A stretch of DNA of 16,875 bases from a bacterium (lineage in GTDB: Bacteria > SAR324 > NAC60-12): positions 1-16,875 of the forward strand of contig CBDDTI010000150.1 in assembly GCA_965233585.1 (NCBI GenBank), in the 5' to 3' direction. The position numbers and the translations under genes are program-made. Numbering within the stretch: position 1 is the stretch's first letter; every line of letters begins with the position of its first letter. Of this stretch, positions 1-14,426 are shown piece after piece. The notes beneath the pieces are model-generated. The model had not been told where the DNA came from, ran no database searches, and was given only the letters and a program-made list of their open reading frames with translations.

Positions 1-227
1 ACATGTCCTCAATAAAAGAAGTCAAATCATTCTTTCTAATGTTCCTTCTAAAACTGTCCAGCGAGGGTTGCTGTCAATCACTTGATGATAATCTGGAGCA
101 ATGGTATGGGCCATGATATCTAATAGTGTTTTCCTAATCTTACTGTTGAGTAGTGAGGTAAATCAAAATCTTCATTTCTTGGGCTGTACCTTTTGTTTTC
201 AAAACTAGAAAGTTCACCTATATAATC

Positions 228-827
228 TTAACGCCAAAGTCGCTAATGGAGGGTAGGTGCCCAAGAAACCTGGGGGCTGCAACCGCAATCACAACCCCAA
301 GGCACTAGAACACCTGACTGGTCTGCCCAACCCGCAACCAAGCCACGAGCCCCCTGCGCCAAGCCCTCCTCAGGCACCCGTTACACTCGAGCCAGTAGAA
401 AGATAGAAAGAAAAATCATTTAGGGGGGATAGGGAGGGAACACCGAGAACCGCTAAACTACAAAAACTGAACACACAAACGCCATGCTAACAGAGTAATG
501 AACACACTGCAAGCACATGGGACGACAATGCATGAGCTAACCCAGAATACCACTGGACAAAGTCAGCCCCAGGACTCCCATGGCCATATGACTGCTGCAA
601 ACGCTATGGAACACACGAACGCTAAACAAATGCTCATACATGGCCAAGACATTGGCCAGCGCTTACAAAGAATGCCACTGACCAGACTACCTCCTGGCCA
701 TAACTCTGTACATTCACAGACTATATCAAAACCTACATAATGTACCAAACTCTAGCAGATGTCCAAAACACTAACACCACAGGTACAAAAGAAAACGCTA
801 CTGACCTGATAAGCTCCTAGGCATTAA
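228..827 (-). mobile_element. Possible retroelement-derived non-coding repeat (solo repeat-like island)
   Basis: About 600-bp block, visibly richer in GC and strongly A/C-skewed on + relative to its AT-rich flanks, bounded by TTAA at 228-231 and 824-827. No terminal inverted repeat (TIR) and no credible ORF. Lies in what is probably the last kelch intron. Class not determinable. Confidence 0.3.
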
Positions 828-1173
828 CTATGTTAAATTCCATTTGACTATATTCAAACTTCACAAAATGTTAGCAGAGAAAAACATTTCTATGAAAGAA
901 AAAAATTAATCCTTTGGCTTACTTTTAATTCTTGGTTAGCTGTAACTAGCTTTTGAACAACCTGGCTCTGAGGATTAAGAGCAGGGTGTATTTTGAGGGA
1001 TAAATGGACCAGTGGCAAAAACCTCTTCTCCTTGCAAAAACAGGAACTGACTTACCTCCCTAAACCATACGACAATATCTTTAACAACCTTGCTTAAAAT
1101 CAATCTAAATTCTTATACACAGATTTTTACTATCTTTATTCCACTGACTCAATCTGTTAAATGTTATCTTCAG

Positions 1174-1598
1174 CTGTTGCTCCAATCATTGAACGGCGTG
1201 AAGATGCCATGGCTGCTGTTGTAGACAACAAGATTTATGTCATAGGTGGTTACCATGGCAACACATTCATGCCTACATGTGAGGCTCTGGATCTTGACAA
1301 CAATGAGTGGGATTTTATGGCATCATTAAGTTCTCCTCGTTATCAGGCCGGAGTTGCTGTTTTGAACCGCAAGATCTATGTGTGTGGCGGTTGGAGTGGA
1401 AATGGACTTGCCACCAGTTCTGTGGAATGTTATGATGTGGCAACAAACACCTGGTCACTGGTAATGCCTCTGCCCACACCTGCAGCAGCTAGAACAGCTT
1501 TCTGTAACTTTCCACGCAAAATGATGGAAAAGTTGCTACGTAAAATCTCTGGTGCTAATGAGAATTATTTATCACCTGTGCCAGCAAAAGAGTCTTGA
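1174..1598 (+). CDS. Terminal coding exon of a kelch-repeat (KLHL-like) protein; upstream exons lie outside the window
   Basis: Two kelch repeats with GG and Y/W signatures (KIYVIGGYHG...CEALDLDNNEW; KIYVCGGWSG...VECYDVATNTW). Acceptor ttatcttcAG ends at 1173 (phase 1) and stop TGA is at 1596-1598. The ORF-track Met at 1161 is intronic. Confidence 0.9.
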
Positions 1599-1912
1599 CT
1601 TTAGGAGTTGACTGTAAACCTTCTTGCAGCTGTCAGTGAGTAATTCAGTGACAAAATTCTAAGGAATATAATGAACACATATTTAATGTAACCCCTCAGT
1701 GGGGTCTGGTACAAAGCACAGCCCAGATATTCTAAAAGAGGTATTCTTGACTGTGTATATGAGTGTTTTATATTTTTCCTCTCAGTTTATTGTGTTGATA
1801 GCTCTTGATGTGAGATGCATGGTTTAAGTGTAGAGGTATAAGGTTAAAAGGAGTGATGTGTCTCTGCATATTTATAGACACAATTAATACTCAAAATCGT
1901 GACAGATTAAAG

Positions 1913-2176
1913 TAGCATAATGATTCAATTTAGCACCTTTCCAATAAGTGCCCTCTTCGTAATAAATGCTTTCTCTTGAATGCCCCATTCCAACAAGCAC
2001 CCCCATACTGTAAGAGATCTTCAAGATATTGAGACAGTGTGAAGGAAATGATGTTATTACCATGAGAACCCATGTTGTTACAGTTTTTGAGTAAAAATGA
2101 TTAAGTTCCTCTCTCTAAGAAATGCTCCACCAAGAGTGAATTAACAAGCCAGGTGCTAAGTTGAATCATCACAGTA
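1913..2176. mobile_element. Degenerate TIR MITE downstream of the kelch stop
   Basis: TGATTCAATTTAGCACCT (1921-1938) versus AGGTGCTAAGTTGAATCA (2151-2168), 17/18 inverted match. Internal AATAAGYRCCC-like motifs; TA at the outer ends. Confidence 0.55.
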
Positions 2177-2272
2177 TTGTTGAACTGAAAAGTACAGAAA
2201 CTGTTTATCTTAAAATCTGGCCTTCTTTAACTAATAATTAATAGAATCATACAAATAATAATATTAATCATA

Positions 2273-2317
2273 TATTACTCCCTGAATTGTACTCCACTTG
2301 GTGCAGTTACTATTACT
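2273..2317 (-). mobile_element. 5' fragment of double-hairpin family I, inverted
   Basis: Reverse complement AGTAATAGTAACTGCACCAAGTGGAGTACAATTCAGGGAGTAAT matches the start of the copy at 4430-4475. Confidence 0.65.
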
Positions 2318-2525
2318 TTTCAGTCATGATAATGATAATGTTATATGGTAAATGGTATGTAATAGTAATTGGACAGAGTGGAGTATAATTTGCATAGGAA
2401 ATTGCACAACCTCGAGTACAATTCGTGATTAATAGGTACAAGTGATTTTGAAAGTTCTCAAAATTGCTCGAGCCTCAAGGCGAGTGCAATTTGAGAATTT
2501 ACAAAATCATGAGTACCTATTAATG

Positions 2526-4084
<1,559 letters not shown>

Positions 4085-4428
4085 TTAATGAATTGTACGA
4101 GAAGGTCGTGTGATTTTTTATTTATATTTCATTCAACAAAATTACGTCGTTTCCATGGAAGTTAACAGGTACTCCTACGGAGTACAATTTGGGATTAATT
4201 GTACTGCTCTCAACCAATCAAAATTGAGTAATTTTGTTGAGTGTACTGTAAAGGGAGTAATCACGCAAGTAATTTCAAAATCAGACGTGAGCACAAAGCA
4301 CAAGTTTGATTTTGAATTACAAGTGCAATTACTCCCTGAATTGTATGGCACAAGGTCTAATTACTAATTCAGTTACCAAAAGTTCAAATCGGATACCTGT
4401 AATTGGACACCCACATGATCGCTTGCCA

Positions 4429-4866
<438 letters not shown>

Positions 4867-4927
4867 GTGTCAAATAGGCTCATGGAGAACCAATCACAAT
4901 CGAAAATTTTGTTATAGATGCGATTAA

Positions 4928-5012
4928 TGATAGTAATAATAATGATGATGATGATGATAATGAACATCTACTTTATTCACAAAAGATAAGATAAGATAAC
5001 TTTATTTATACA
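4928..5012 (-). repeat. (AAT)/(GAT)n and (AAGAT)n microsatellites, each preceded on the minus strand by AATAAA; possible non-LTR retroelement 3' tails
   Basis: Minus strand reads AATAAAGTTATCTTATCTTATCTT and GAATAAAGTAGATGTTCATTATCATCATC. No RT remnant is visible, so the retroelement reading is tentative. Confidence 0.4.
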
Positions 5013-5390
5013 CGTTATTTCCATCAGCTGAGTGCTTAATTCAAATAGCTGCGGTCAAATATAAAAGTACAATATATTTCAATCAGTAATCTCTAATTCC
5101 ATCAAGATATACTATATTTAGTGAAATACTTGCAATAGACAAATTTTTTTGCCCCTCAGCTCATTTCTAACATATTGTTCTTAACTTTGAAAAGACATAA
5201 AAAGTACAATAACTGTTCCAATTATATTAATTAAATTGTTAATGGTAATATTAATAATAAAATATGAAGTAATACAATTTGTTCAATGTTAAGGTTATAA
5301 TAATAATAAAAATAATAATAATATAATAAAGCAGTTTCAGTTGAGTGTCAAAAGTAATCAGGCAATTGAGATTGACTGATTAGTCTGATA

Positions 5391-5570
5391 CATCTTCTTC
5401 CAAAATGGCCACCATTTTAGTATTCTTTTGTTTACTTGCAAATTAGTCCTTGTTGCCATGTTTACATGAAAATATTCTTTTGAATTTCGAGTTTAAGAAC
5501 GAGGCAACAAGGGCTAATTTGCAGGTAAACAAAAGAATTACTAAAATGATGGCCATTTTGGAATAAGGTG
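5391..5570. mobile_element. TA-flanked palindromic MITE
   Basis: About 67-bp imperfect TIRs (CATCTTCTTCCAAAATGGCC...TTGTTGCC / GGCAACAA...GGCCATTTTGGAATAAGGTG); TA at 5389-5390 and 5571-5572. Confidence 0.8.
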
Positions 5571-5652
5571 TATTGGTAAGTAATTGTCAAGTAATTGAAA
5601 ACCCCACTATGAAGTAATACAATTTGTTCAATGTTTACCAGTTCTAAGTTAA

Positions 5653-5745
<93 letters not shown>

Positions 5746-5765
5746 TTAAGGGAGATAGTTTTTAA

Positions 5766-5883
5766 CCCTTTCACCACCAAGGGCTCTCCCTTTGACGAGT
5801 AAAATCATCTGGCGTTAGACAAAGTAAAATCTACTGGCGTTAGACAGAGTAAAATCTATAAGTCACCCTTTGTGGTGAATGGG
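5766..5883. mobile_element. piggyBac-like MITE, copy 2, with a 25-bp internal tandem duplication
   Basis: Near-identical to 5653-5745. CTGGCGTTAGACARAGTAAAATCTA is present twice. Left TTAA at 5762-5765; right TIR and TSD decayed (TGAA). Confidence 0.85.
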
Positions 5884-6674
5884 TGAAGAATTCTTCTGAA
5901 ATGACTTCACTAAACTTACCTTCCTACTCAGTACTACACTTTGTGAGAAATGTCTAGAAGGTAAAACACACAAAGTTTTACACTTGATTTACATGAAACT
6001 AGGATTCTCTAGCCCGTAGATGTTACTCTAAATAGAGTGTCTGGCTATTGGTGATAATTGATACAGTACTATTTGAATGCCAGTGAGGAATGGTCATAAA
6101 ACTGGAAAGTTAGCTTTGATTGTAGTCATTGTATTTTTATTGTTGGCAGGAAAATTGCTTGTGTGATTTCTTAGTTGATATGAACTACTACTTTTGGCAA
6201 AGGCCCTTAATGGGCTAAAAATTCGTGTTTTAAGTTATGGTGATTTAATAGTACATGTATATTAAAAACCAATGTCACTAATGCTTAGCAACCTACTCCA
6301 CTTTTCAAATGGCAAAACCTGAAAGGTAGCTTAAAAGGGGGTGGAGAGGGATGGGTGAACACTGTCCCATCCAATGTGAGTGTGCAATAGTTAACAGCTT
6401 CTATAAAAGATTCTATATATCAACCATACAGACAATACAGAGTGCATGACATTGTTGCAAAAACGTTAATTATATTTAATTTATTTAACAATTAAAAATA
6501 TGTAGCTTTTCTAAAATAATGGATGCTGCAATATTGTTATAAGCATATTTTAGTGGTAGAAGACCCAGGATGAGAATGTTAATGACCATATCTGATATGT
6601 TAATGTAAGTTGTGGCAAAATTGTCAATAAAAATCTACTTAATTTGTTTATCAGATTATCATTTTTTTGGACTG

Positions 6675-6839
6675 TGGGGGCAGATCTATGGATGTGCACC
6701 CCCCCCCCCCCTGAGATGACCTGTGGCTTTCTTATACAACTGGTATTCTGCAAAAAATATATATGTGGTTTATTGGTGTTAGTTACGCCATTCTTTAGTG
6801 GTGCACCCCCTCCTACAAAAAATCCTGGATCCGTCCCTG
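6675..6839. mobile_element. Degenerate hAT-like MITE
   Basis: Right end TCCTGGATCCGTCCCTG versus decayed left end TGGGGGCAGATCTATGG; GTGCACCCCC motif twice. TSD not resolvable. Confidence 0.55.
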
Positions 6840-7370
6840 TCCTGGATTTGTTTTTGTATTTCAGTATTACACTTTTATTGGTCTCAGACGATTAAAAGCA
6901 TGATTGAGTATAGAAACACACACACAAGGGAAGTTCTCATTTGTAAGTCAGCCGATTCAAAACATGATACCGCTGCACTCACCTTACGAGCAGAACCTCT
7001 TATCTCTTCTGAGCGTAAAAAGCATATGTACCGAAATTGATTGAAATTAGCGATCGACGACGTCATCAAGTCGAAGGAAAGGGAATAAAACTGAGCATGA
7101 ACCGCAGAGGTCGTGGGTGTAAATCCTATTTATTTTCGCAAATGCCTGATTCACTGACTTGCAAAAGCGAGCGAATCTTTATAACTGAAAGTAAATTTTC
7201 TTACCTCACGGTGTTCATTGCTTTTCTCAGTTACATATTATTTTGAAACTGGGTAGGTCACGGAAAAAATGTTCAGGGGCATTCTTGTAACCCTGGAATT
7301 CCCTGGAATATCAGTCGAGTTCCCATTGGGGCTGTACTCAATGACGTATCGATGCGTAGACCTGTTATTA

Positions 7371-7628
7371 CAGGGTTCATAGGGGTCCTGGAAAACCTGG
7401 AAAGTCCTGGAATTTTATTCTGGCATTTTCCAGTACAGGAAAAAGGCCACAGGTCCTGGAAAGTTCTGGAAATTTGTTAAACTGTATGGAAGGCAGTAAG
7501 GAGAGCTAACATTAAGGATAATTAACATTGAGATCTTGGGAGTGTAGCGGTTAAATTGGAATTTTGGAGCCCTTGAAAAATCAATCTGAGTCCTGGAAAT
7601 TTGTTTCTTAAAAAAGGTACGAGCCCTG
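7371..7628. mobile_element. hAT-like MITE with repeated (T)CCTGGAA subterminal motifs
   Basis: Ends CAGGGTTCATA / TACGAGCCCTG; multiple CTGGAA motifs. TSD unclear. Confidence 0.65.
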
Positions 7629-7739
7629 CCTGTACTGTACTGGGTTTACAATTTGCGACCTGAGGGCTTTTTTTGGGTTAGAAACTTTACAGACTCTACA
7701 GCGACTTGAGTTTAGCACGGCCTTCTTCTTGGCTGTCAT

Positions 7740-8270
7740 CATCCTCGGAAACCCAGGGGCTACTAGCCGGGACGATGCGATATTTTCGAGCAAGCGATAT
7801 TTTCGGGCGAGAGTTTACTTTAAGTGCTGAAGAGCCCCTGGGAACTTATTCTTACCGAACCAGGGACCCGTTTCTCGAAAGACCCGGTAACTTAACGGGC
7901 CCGATATCACATTTTGAAATCAAAGTCTCAAGAAGAGTTGGGTGTGTTCTGACCTCAAATGAAGTCCAATTTGTTTCTTTAGCTGATAACTTTACAGTAC
8001 AGTTTTCAAACCTTCTGAAACTCTCATCTAGAATGGAAAACAAAACGCCTCAACGGGCCCGGTAATTATCGTGAGCTTCGAGAAACGGGCCCCAGTTCCA
8101 GAAGTGGTCGAATTCCGTTCCGCTGATTGGGCAGAAAAATCTGGAACTGGTTCGGTAAGAATAAGTTCCCAGGGGCTCTTCAGCACTTAAAGTAAACTTT
8201 CGCCCGAAAATATCGCTCGCTCGAAAATATCGCATCGTCCCGGCTAGTAGCCCCTGGGTTTCCGAGGATG
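7740..8270. mobile_element. Foldback element with about 131-bp TIRs and a 9-bp TSD (Mutator-like by TSD length and long TIRs)
   Basis: CATCCTCGGAAACCCAGGGGC...GCCCCTGGGTTTCCGAGGATG. Arms differ at only two positions that I can see. GGCTGTCAT is duplicated at 7731-7739 and 8271-8279. Confidence 0.92.
7864..8092. mobile_element. PIF/Harbinger-like MITE (229 bp) nested in the foldback element's left arm
   Basis: TIR GGACCCGTTTCTCGAA / TTCGAGAAACGGGCCC (15/16). 3-bp TSD CAG (7861-7863, 8093-8095). The host right arm shows the empty site CTGGAACTGGTTCGG. Confidence 0.9.
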
Positions 8271-8376
8271 GGCTGTCATTGGTCATTCCACACCTTCTAA
8301 CCTAGATATTTCCTCGGCTGCTGCTGGTACACCTGTCACTAGACCCAGGAGAACTGGGTATGGTTTACATGTAACT

Positions 8377-9166
8377 ATGGCGGACTCGGGGATGTATCGT
8401 CCGTTTGGAGTTATTGCAGCATTACTAGCCACGACAATGGCAGGAACGCTACTTCTCAAGTTAAATCCACAAAGGAAGATTATACTAATGAGGATTCAAA
8501 TATTCTTGCTGTTTTTCATGGTTATGTGCGTTTTGTCGCGGTTTGTTTGGTTAAATCTGACGGTGTTGCTTCCAAGCCGGCGGTCTAACTCAAAAATCTT
8601 ACTCGTGGCTCATTGGGTTTTGTACGCAGTTTTTGCTATCTTTCTCGGTCTAGCCTTCTTCAGTTTTCTCATTGGTCGATTTTTTGTCGGTTTGGAGCCA
8701 TATTTCATCAGCAAAGTGGCATTTTCATGTCTAGGACTTTTTTTTCTGTTGTTCTTCAACCTGTGTGTCCTAAGCGTTGTTTTCGCAGCTTTGAGAGCTT
8801 GTAGCTTCCCATTACCCAGTGCTGACAAGTTGAAGGCCACCATGGCTGTTACTGTGTCTCTGCTACTGTGCATACAAGGTTTAACTGCTGCATCACGAGG
8901 GCCAGCAATAGTGGGAGTGACTGTGCCTCTTGCAAGACTACCACGATCTTTAGACGGCACAAGAATAGTTCAACTTTCAGATATTCACTTGGGTCCTATG
9001 ATAGGACAGGCTGCACTTGACAGAGTTGTGAACATGGTTTCTGTGATAAAGCCAGACATCACTGTTATTACAGGAGATCTGGTTGATTCAACTGTGGCAA
9101 ACTTAAAAGAAGCTATTTTACCTCTAAAGAACCTGAGATCAAAATATGGTTCATTCTTTGTTACAG
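8377..9166 (+). CDS. TMPPE: Transmembrane protein with metallophosphoesterase domain, coding exon 1 of 3
   Basis: About five hydrophobic segments followed by calcineurin-like motifs QLSDIHLG (DxH) and ITGDLVD (GDxxD). Donor ACAG|GTATAA after 9166, phase 1. Confidence 0.9.
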
Positions 9167-10125
9167 GTATAAAAAATTAGAACACGGGTTGAGGGGTGGA
9201 TGGAAGGAGACAGGAGTGGGAGAAAGGGGATCATACCCTCCTTACATATGGCTGGCATGCCTGAAATTTTAATTGACTAATCAAGATTTGGCAGGCAGGA
9301 AAAGCTTAGTTAACAGAAATAGCATTGAAACCAGGCAACTTTTCTTACTAGAGATTGCATTAAATGTTCATGAAAAGGGACTTACAATTCCAAAACCATA
9401 TTAGATTGTAGAAAATGAAAAAATATCACAGTTGTCCCAAACTCACGATTAGAGGACTCAGTCAAGTATTAATAACTTATGGTTGCTTATTGAGTGGGAC
9501 TTGACCACTTAAAGTGCATGGTATAATTTGCATTACACTTTGGGCCACTTTGGCCATTGTTAGGCAAACCTACTGATGCGGTCCAGATGAAAGCAGTTCA
9601 TTTACTAGAAAAACTTTTGCAACATTCCAACAATTTCCTGTTAAATTGAGCATAATTTTGTTGGTCTTCTGGAATATGGTATTCTTTTGACTACCGGTAC
9701 ATATTTAACCTTAAAAAGCATGTTTAGGGTTTAGGTGATTCCTCAGTATTGCATTTCACATCCTACTGAACACGGTTTTTGTGTCACCAGCGTGTGCAAA
9801 TGAGCACATGCATGTACCTAACGTAGGAAACTTCCTTCAAGCTAAGCTTGACAGAGAAATAAATGTTCATTTTTCCTTAAAACAAGCACATAAAGGTACC
9901 TTCTTTTTATTGCATTTTTTAGTCTCGAATTCTATTGAATGAATAAGAAAAGTTTTAATGTTAGATAGAAAAAATTACTGCCAAAAATGTTTACATACAC
10001 ATTACCCTTTCCCCAGAAGATTCATGCTAGAAAGACTTTGTCAACTCTGATCCAGGATGTACAAGAAACACATATCAAAATGTTCCTTTACGATGATGCA
10101 ATGCATCTATTACGAATATTTCATA

Positions 10126-10431
<306 letters not shown>

Positions 10432-10729
10432 TTATCTCCATGTGTTTGGTCTCTGACACCCCAAAACATGGTGGCACTCCGAAAAAGAAAAATGCACTGA
10501 ATGGGTACCATTTGGCCATTGCACCGATTTTTGACTTGCCTTTGATGATTTATGACTCTTATACGAGCACTATACCATGTTTTTTATCGCACATGTTGAA
10601 TGACTGAATTAGTAGGAAAAACCACAAAAGATTTGAAAAAATCCAACATCTTGAGTGTTTTTTCTAGGGAATCACCTTATTATGATGGAGTTGATAATTT
10701 TCGCTTTATTGACTTTTATCTTTCATTAG

Positions 10730-10895
10730 GAAATCACGAGTATTTCACTGGAGATGCCGATGCTTGGCTCCAAGAGCTAAAGCAGCTTGGTATTGAACCT
10801 CTCCACAACTCACATGTACTTATTTCAAGCAAAGATAGTCCAGAAGACAAGATCTATCTTGCTGGGGTAGATGATATACAGGCTGAAAGCATGAA
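10730..10895 (+). CDS. TMPPE: TMPPE-like coding exon 2 of 3
   Basis: Acceptor ttttatctttcattAG ends at 10729. Splicing restores FVTG-NHEY (GNHE motif). Contains YLAGVDD. Donor AA|GTAGGT after 10895, phase 2. Confidence 0.9.
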
Positions 10896-11188
10896 GTAGG
10901 TTCTAATACTATTTGTTACTTGTTCAAATGGGCTACTGCCCACTCCTCCCCCTGCCCAATTTTCAGTGTTGTTATCCCAGCACCTCTCTATTCAGGAGGA
11001 TAAGCTGATGCTGTTGGTACTGTCAATGTGACTAAGTAGAAGGCCACTATGGACTCACTGTCGACTTACTATGGCTCCATGAAACAAATAACAAGCACTT
11101 GATTTTGTGGGTTTATTAGCATGTTCTTTTAGTTGTGCTTTAGGTGGTTTTTCTCATGTTAATTGTAATTGTTTGCGAATGATTACAG

Positions 11189-11522
11189 CTATGAGAACCA
11201 TGGTATGAAGTTGTCGCAAGCTCTTAGTGGAAGACATGACAAGTTTCCAACAATTCTTCTCGCTCACCAACCATGGGCTGCACACCAAGCACTGCAAGAG
11301 TATCAGGAAATAGATTTAATATTGTCTGGTCACACGCATGGAGGGCAGTTTTTTCCCATGCACATACCAATATATATTTACAACCCATTTTTTTCTGGTC
11401 TGTACAAAGAGAAAGAAACGTTTGTTTATGTTTCCTCTGGAACTTATTTTTATAATGTCCCTTTGAGAATTGGATCCACACCAGAAATAACTGTTGTAAC
11501 TTTAACTTGTGCAGAACAGTAA
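11189..11522 (+). CDS. TMPPE: TMPPE-like coding exon 3 of 3
   Basis: Acceptor gattacAG ends at 11188; joined frame reads SMN-YENHGM. Motifs ILLAHQP and LSGHTHGGQ (GHxH). TAA at 11520-11522. Spliced CDS is 790+166+334=1290 nt, 429 aa. Confidence 0.9.
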
Positions 11523-11716
11523 ATTTTCTCAATAATATGCACATAGTCCTTGACAACAAGTGCTTGAAATAATTCTTAATAACCTGTCAATTAGCAAACA
11601 AAGACTACTTGTCTAATCTTTTCAAGAAGAATAGGAGAGGATATACTGATTGTTGATTTTCATGATAGTTTTTATCTTTTTTTATTTCTTCAGTTGGAGG
11701 TGAGAAAAGTTAAAAA

Positions 11717-12085
11717 TACCATAAATCATGAATTAGCACCTCCCCTCAAATAAGCGTCCTTTTGTATAAGTGCTCCTATCAGCTAAAATTTAAATTGAGT
11801 GCCTCCCCTCAAATAAGCTCCCCTGTTTTGTGGAAAAGTACTGAGAAAACAAAGGATGTACAGTTTTGGTTGTGTTCAATCCCAAGCAAGTGATTATCGA
11901 CTCATTCAAGCACTGCGCATATACCATCACAAGTGAAAGACACACGCAAGTGAAGACACAGGATCCTTCTCGATCTGAGACCTCTGGCACACTGACAAAT
12001 ACCGGTGCATATATTGACCACGATTTGGGAAAAATCAAATCAGTGCCTCCCTCGAATAAACACCCCCTAAGAATAAGAGCCCTAG
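11717..12085. repeat. Degenerate MITE-like sequence with repeated (CCCCTC)AAATAAGCGCC-like motifs
   Basis: CCTCCCCTCAAATAAGC occurs twice (near 11737-11756 and 11802-11818), with similar motifs at 12044-12082. Motif style resembles 1913-2176. Confidence 0.4.
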
Positions 12086-12240
12086 GCCAGGAGCCCATTT
12101 TCCATACTAAGTCTCTGAGTCAACCCTGTTCTGTATTGTTTTACGTTTAGAAGCACCTCGCTCCTTTTTGAGGGTGTTTTTATAATAGCCAGTCATAAGA
12201 GAGCTGTGGTCCTCTATTGTTATACTTCACATGCAGGCCA

Positions 12241-12415
12241 CTGAAAATATTTCATAAATGGTGGAAAGAGAGTAAAGTCTACTTTTAGGGTGTTATGTGA
12301 ACTTCACTGTGTTTTCTTGGGAAATCTGAAAGTATTTCATAAATGGTGGAAAGAGAGTAAAGTTTACTTTTTAGGGTGTTATGTGTGTGAACTTCACTAT
12401 GTTTTCATGGGAAAT
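12241..12415. repeat. Local tandem duplication, two units of 85 and 90 bp
   Basis: CTGAAARTATTTCATAAATGGTGGAAAGAGAGTAAAGT...TGGGAAAT starts at 12241 and 12326. Confidence 0.9.
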
Positions 12416-12479
12416 TAAAGAACTCCGGCAGATATTGCAGCTCTAAAAATAAAAAGATACGTGACAGGGTTGACTCAAG

Positions 12480-13432
12480 CAGGGCTCGAGACTAACAGTA
12501 GCCAACTAGCCACAGACTAGTAAAAAATCCATTTTGGCTAGTGGTTTTTGCACTTCACTAGCCTTTGGCTAGCGAAAATTTGTGAGCAATGAGGCCCAAA
12601 GGAAACCAATTCACAAAGCGAAACTGAGTCAGAGCATGCAGAATGTAAAACATCGGCTATAATAAATGTCATATATAAATTATAAGCATAAGCCCAAACA
12701 AGAACTTTAACTTACTAAAATGCGAAAGAATGGCGAAAGAGTGATTGACTTTTTAATTTTTTTGCCTTAGTAAAAAGCAAAGAACGACAAACCAACTGCT
12801 GCCACTAATAATTAGTCATGCGTGAAACTATGCGGAGCTCCAGGGATTATGTTTCATGCGCACAGCATCTGGAGGTCACAAACGCTTTGAAACAATTTAA
12901 CAAAATTGCAATTCGAAAATCTGAATGAAATATAATATTGATGCCTATGTTTGCAGCTTGTAAATGAAGTTAAGATGGAACGAATTACTGTGTTCGTGAG
13001 AAATCGTGAAGGGATGCTTTTTGATGGCGAGTTGCGAAGTTCTGTGAGAATTTTGCATGGAAGCGAAAACTTGGGCTTTCGTTGTTGTGCCACGAATATT
13101 ATTATGACATCGATGCCTATGTTTGCAACGTATAGAGTTAAGGTGGAACAAATTATTTTGTCCATGAAAATCGCAAATCAGTATTTTAAAAGAAAATAAA
13201 TATTCATGTTTTTCGGCGCGCCAGTTCAGAAGTTTTCACGGCGGTTCTGTGAGAATCAAGGGCGCGAAAACTTTACTTGCCAGTTGTTCATTCAAAGCAT
13301 ACGCAGGCTAGCATTTACTTGACTTGATGTGATGATAGATATTAGAGTATCTGGCTAGTGAAAAATTTGTTTTGGCCAGTGAATCAAACCTGTCACTAGC
13401 CACTGAGCTAGCAAGCTCAAAAGTTAGTCTCG
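12480..13432 (-). mobile_element. hAT-like element A, copy 2, inverted; lacks insert B and the last 7 bp of one TIR
   Basis: Starts CAGGGCTCGAGACTAACAGTAGCCAACTAGCC, the reverse complement of the 4084 end. Colinear with copy 1 and ends GTTAGTCTCG without AGCCCTG. Confidence 0.9.
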
Positions 13433-14037
<605 letters not shown>

Positions 14038-14341
14038 TTAACAATTATCCTGCGAAATCGCGCAGAATATCGTCTGATACTTAGCCGACGAGGCCGTAGG
14101 CCGAGTCGGCTAAAATCAGACGATATTCCGCGAGATTGAGCAGGATAATTGTTTTATTATTCAACAAATTGATAACAAAACTCGTAACATTTTTAAATAT
14201 TTCTGTCGACATTTTTTCACTTCACTTTTTCTTCCCACGTACAAAGCTACGTATATCGCCGGATATACGTTACCTACGGATGACAGATATCGAGAGCATC
14301 ATGACCATATTTGGATAGCGTTACAATTTGTTGAATAATAA
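14038..14341 (+). mobile_element. Double-hairpin family E, complete (304 bp)
   Basis: A AACAATTATCCTGC (14040-14053) pairs with A' 14140-14153. B TTATTATTCAACAAATTG (14154-14171) pairs perfectly with B' 14324-14341. Confidence 0.85.
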
Positions 14342-14426
14342 CGCCGGATATCCGTTACCTATGGATGACAGATATCGAGAACATCATGACCATATTTGGA
14401 TAGTGTTACAATTTGTTGAATAATAA
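14342..14426 (+). repeat. Second copy of the 3'-terminal 85 bp of family E
   Basis: Matches 14257-14341 with about four substitutions. Confidence 0.9.

Noticed and set aside
498..748. 80-aa and 61-aa ORFs
   Set aside because: No recognisable domain or kelch similarity; explained by the biased composition of the 228-827 island.
7608..8286. ORFs 7706-8065 (+) and 8050-8286 (-) sharing the peptide SSSETQGLLAGTMRYFRASDIFGR
   Set aside because: The shared peptide is just the two arms of the foldback element read on opposite strands; no domain is recognisable.
8610..8960. Antisense and alternate-frame ORFs over TMPPE exons (also 11224-11559 and 11273-11455)
   Set aside because: These are shadows of the real coding frame.
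10600..10729. N-terminal parts of ORFs 10600-10899, 11169-11522 and 1161-1598
   Set aside because: They lie upstream of clear splice acceptors and are intronic read-through, not true starts.
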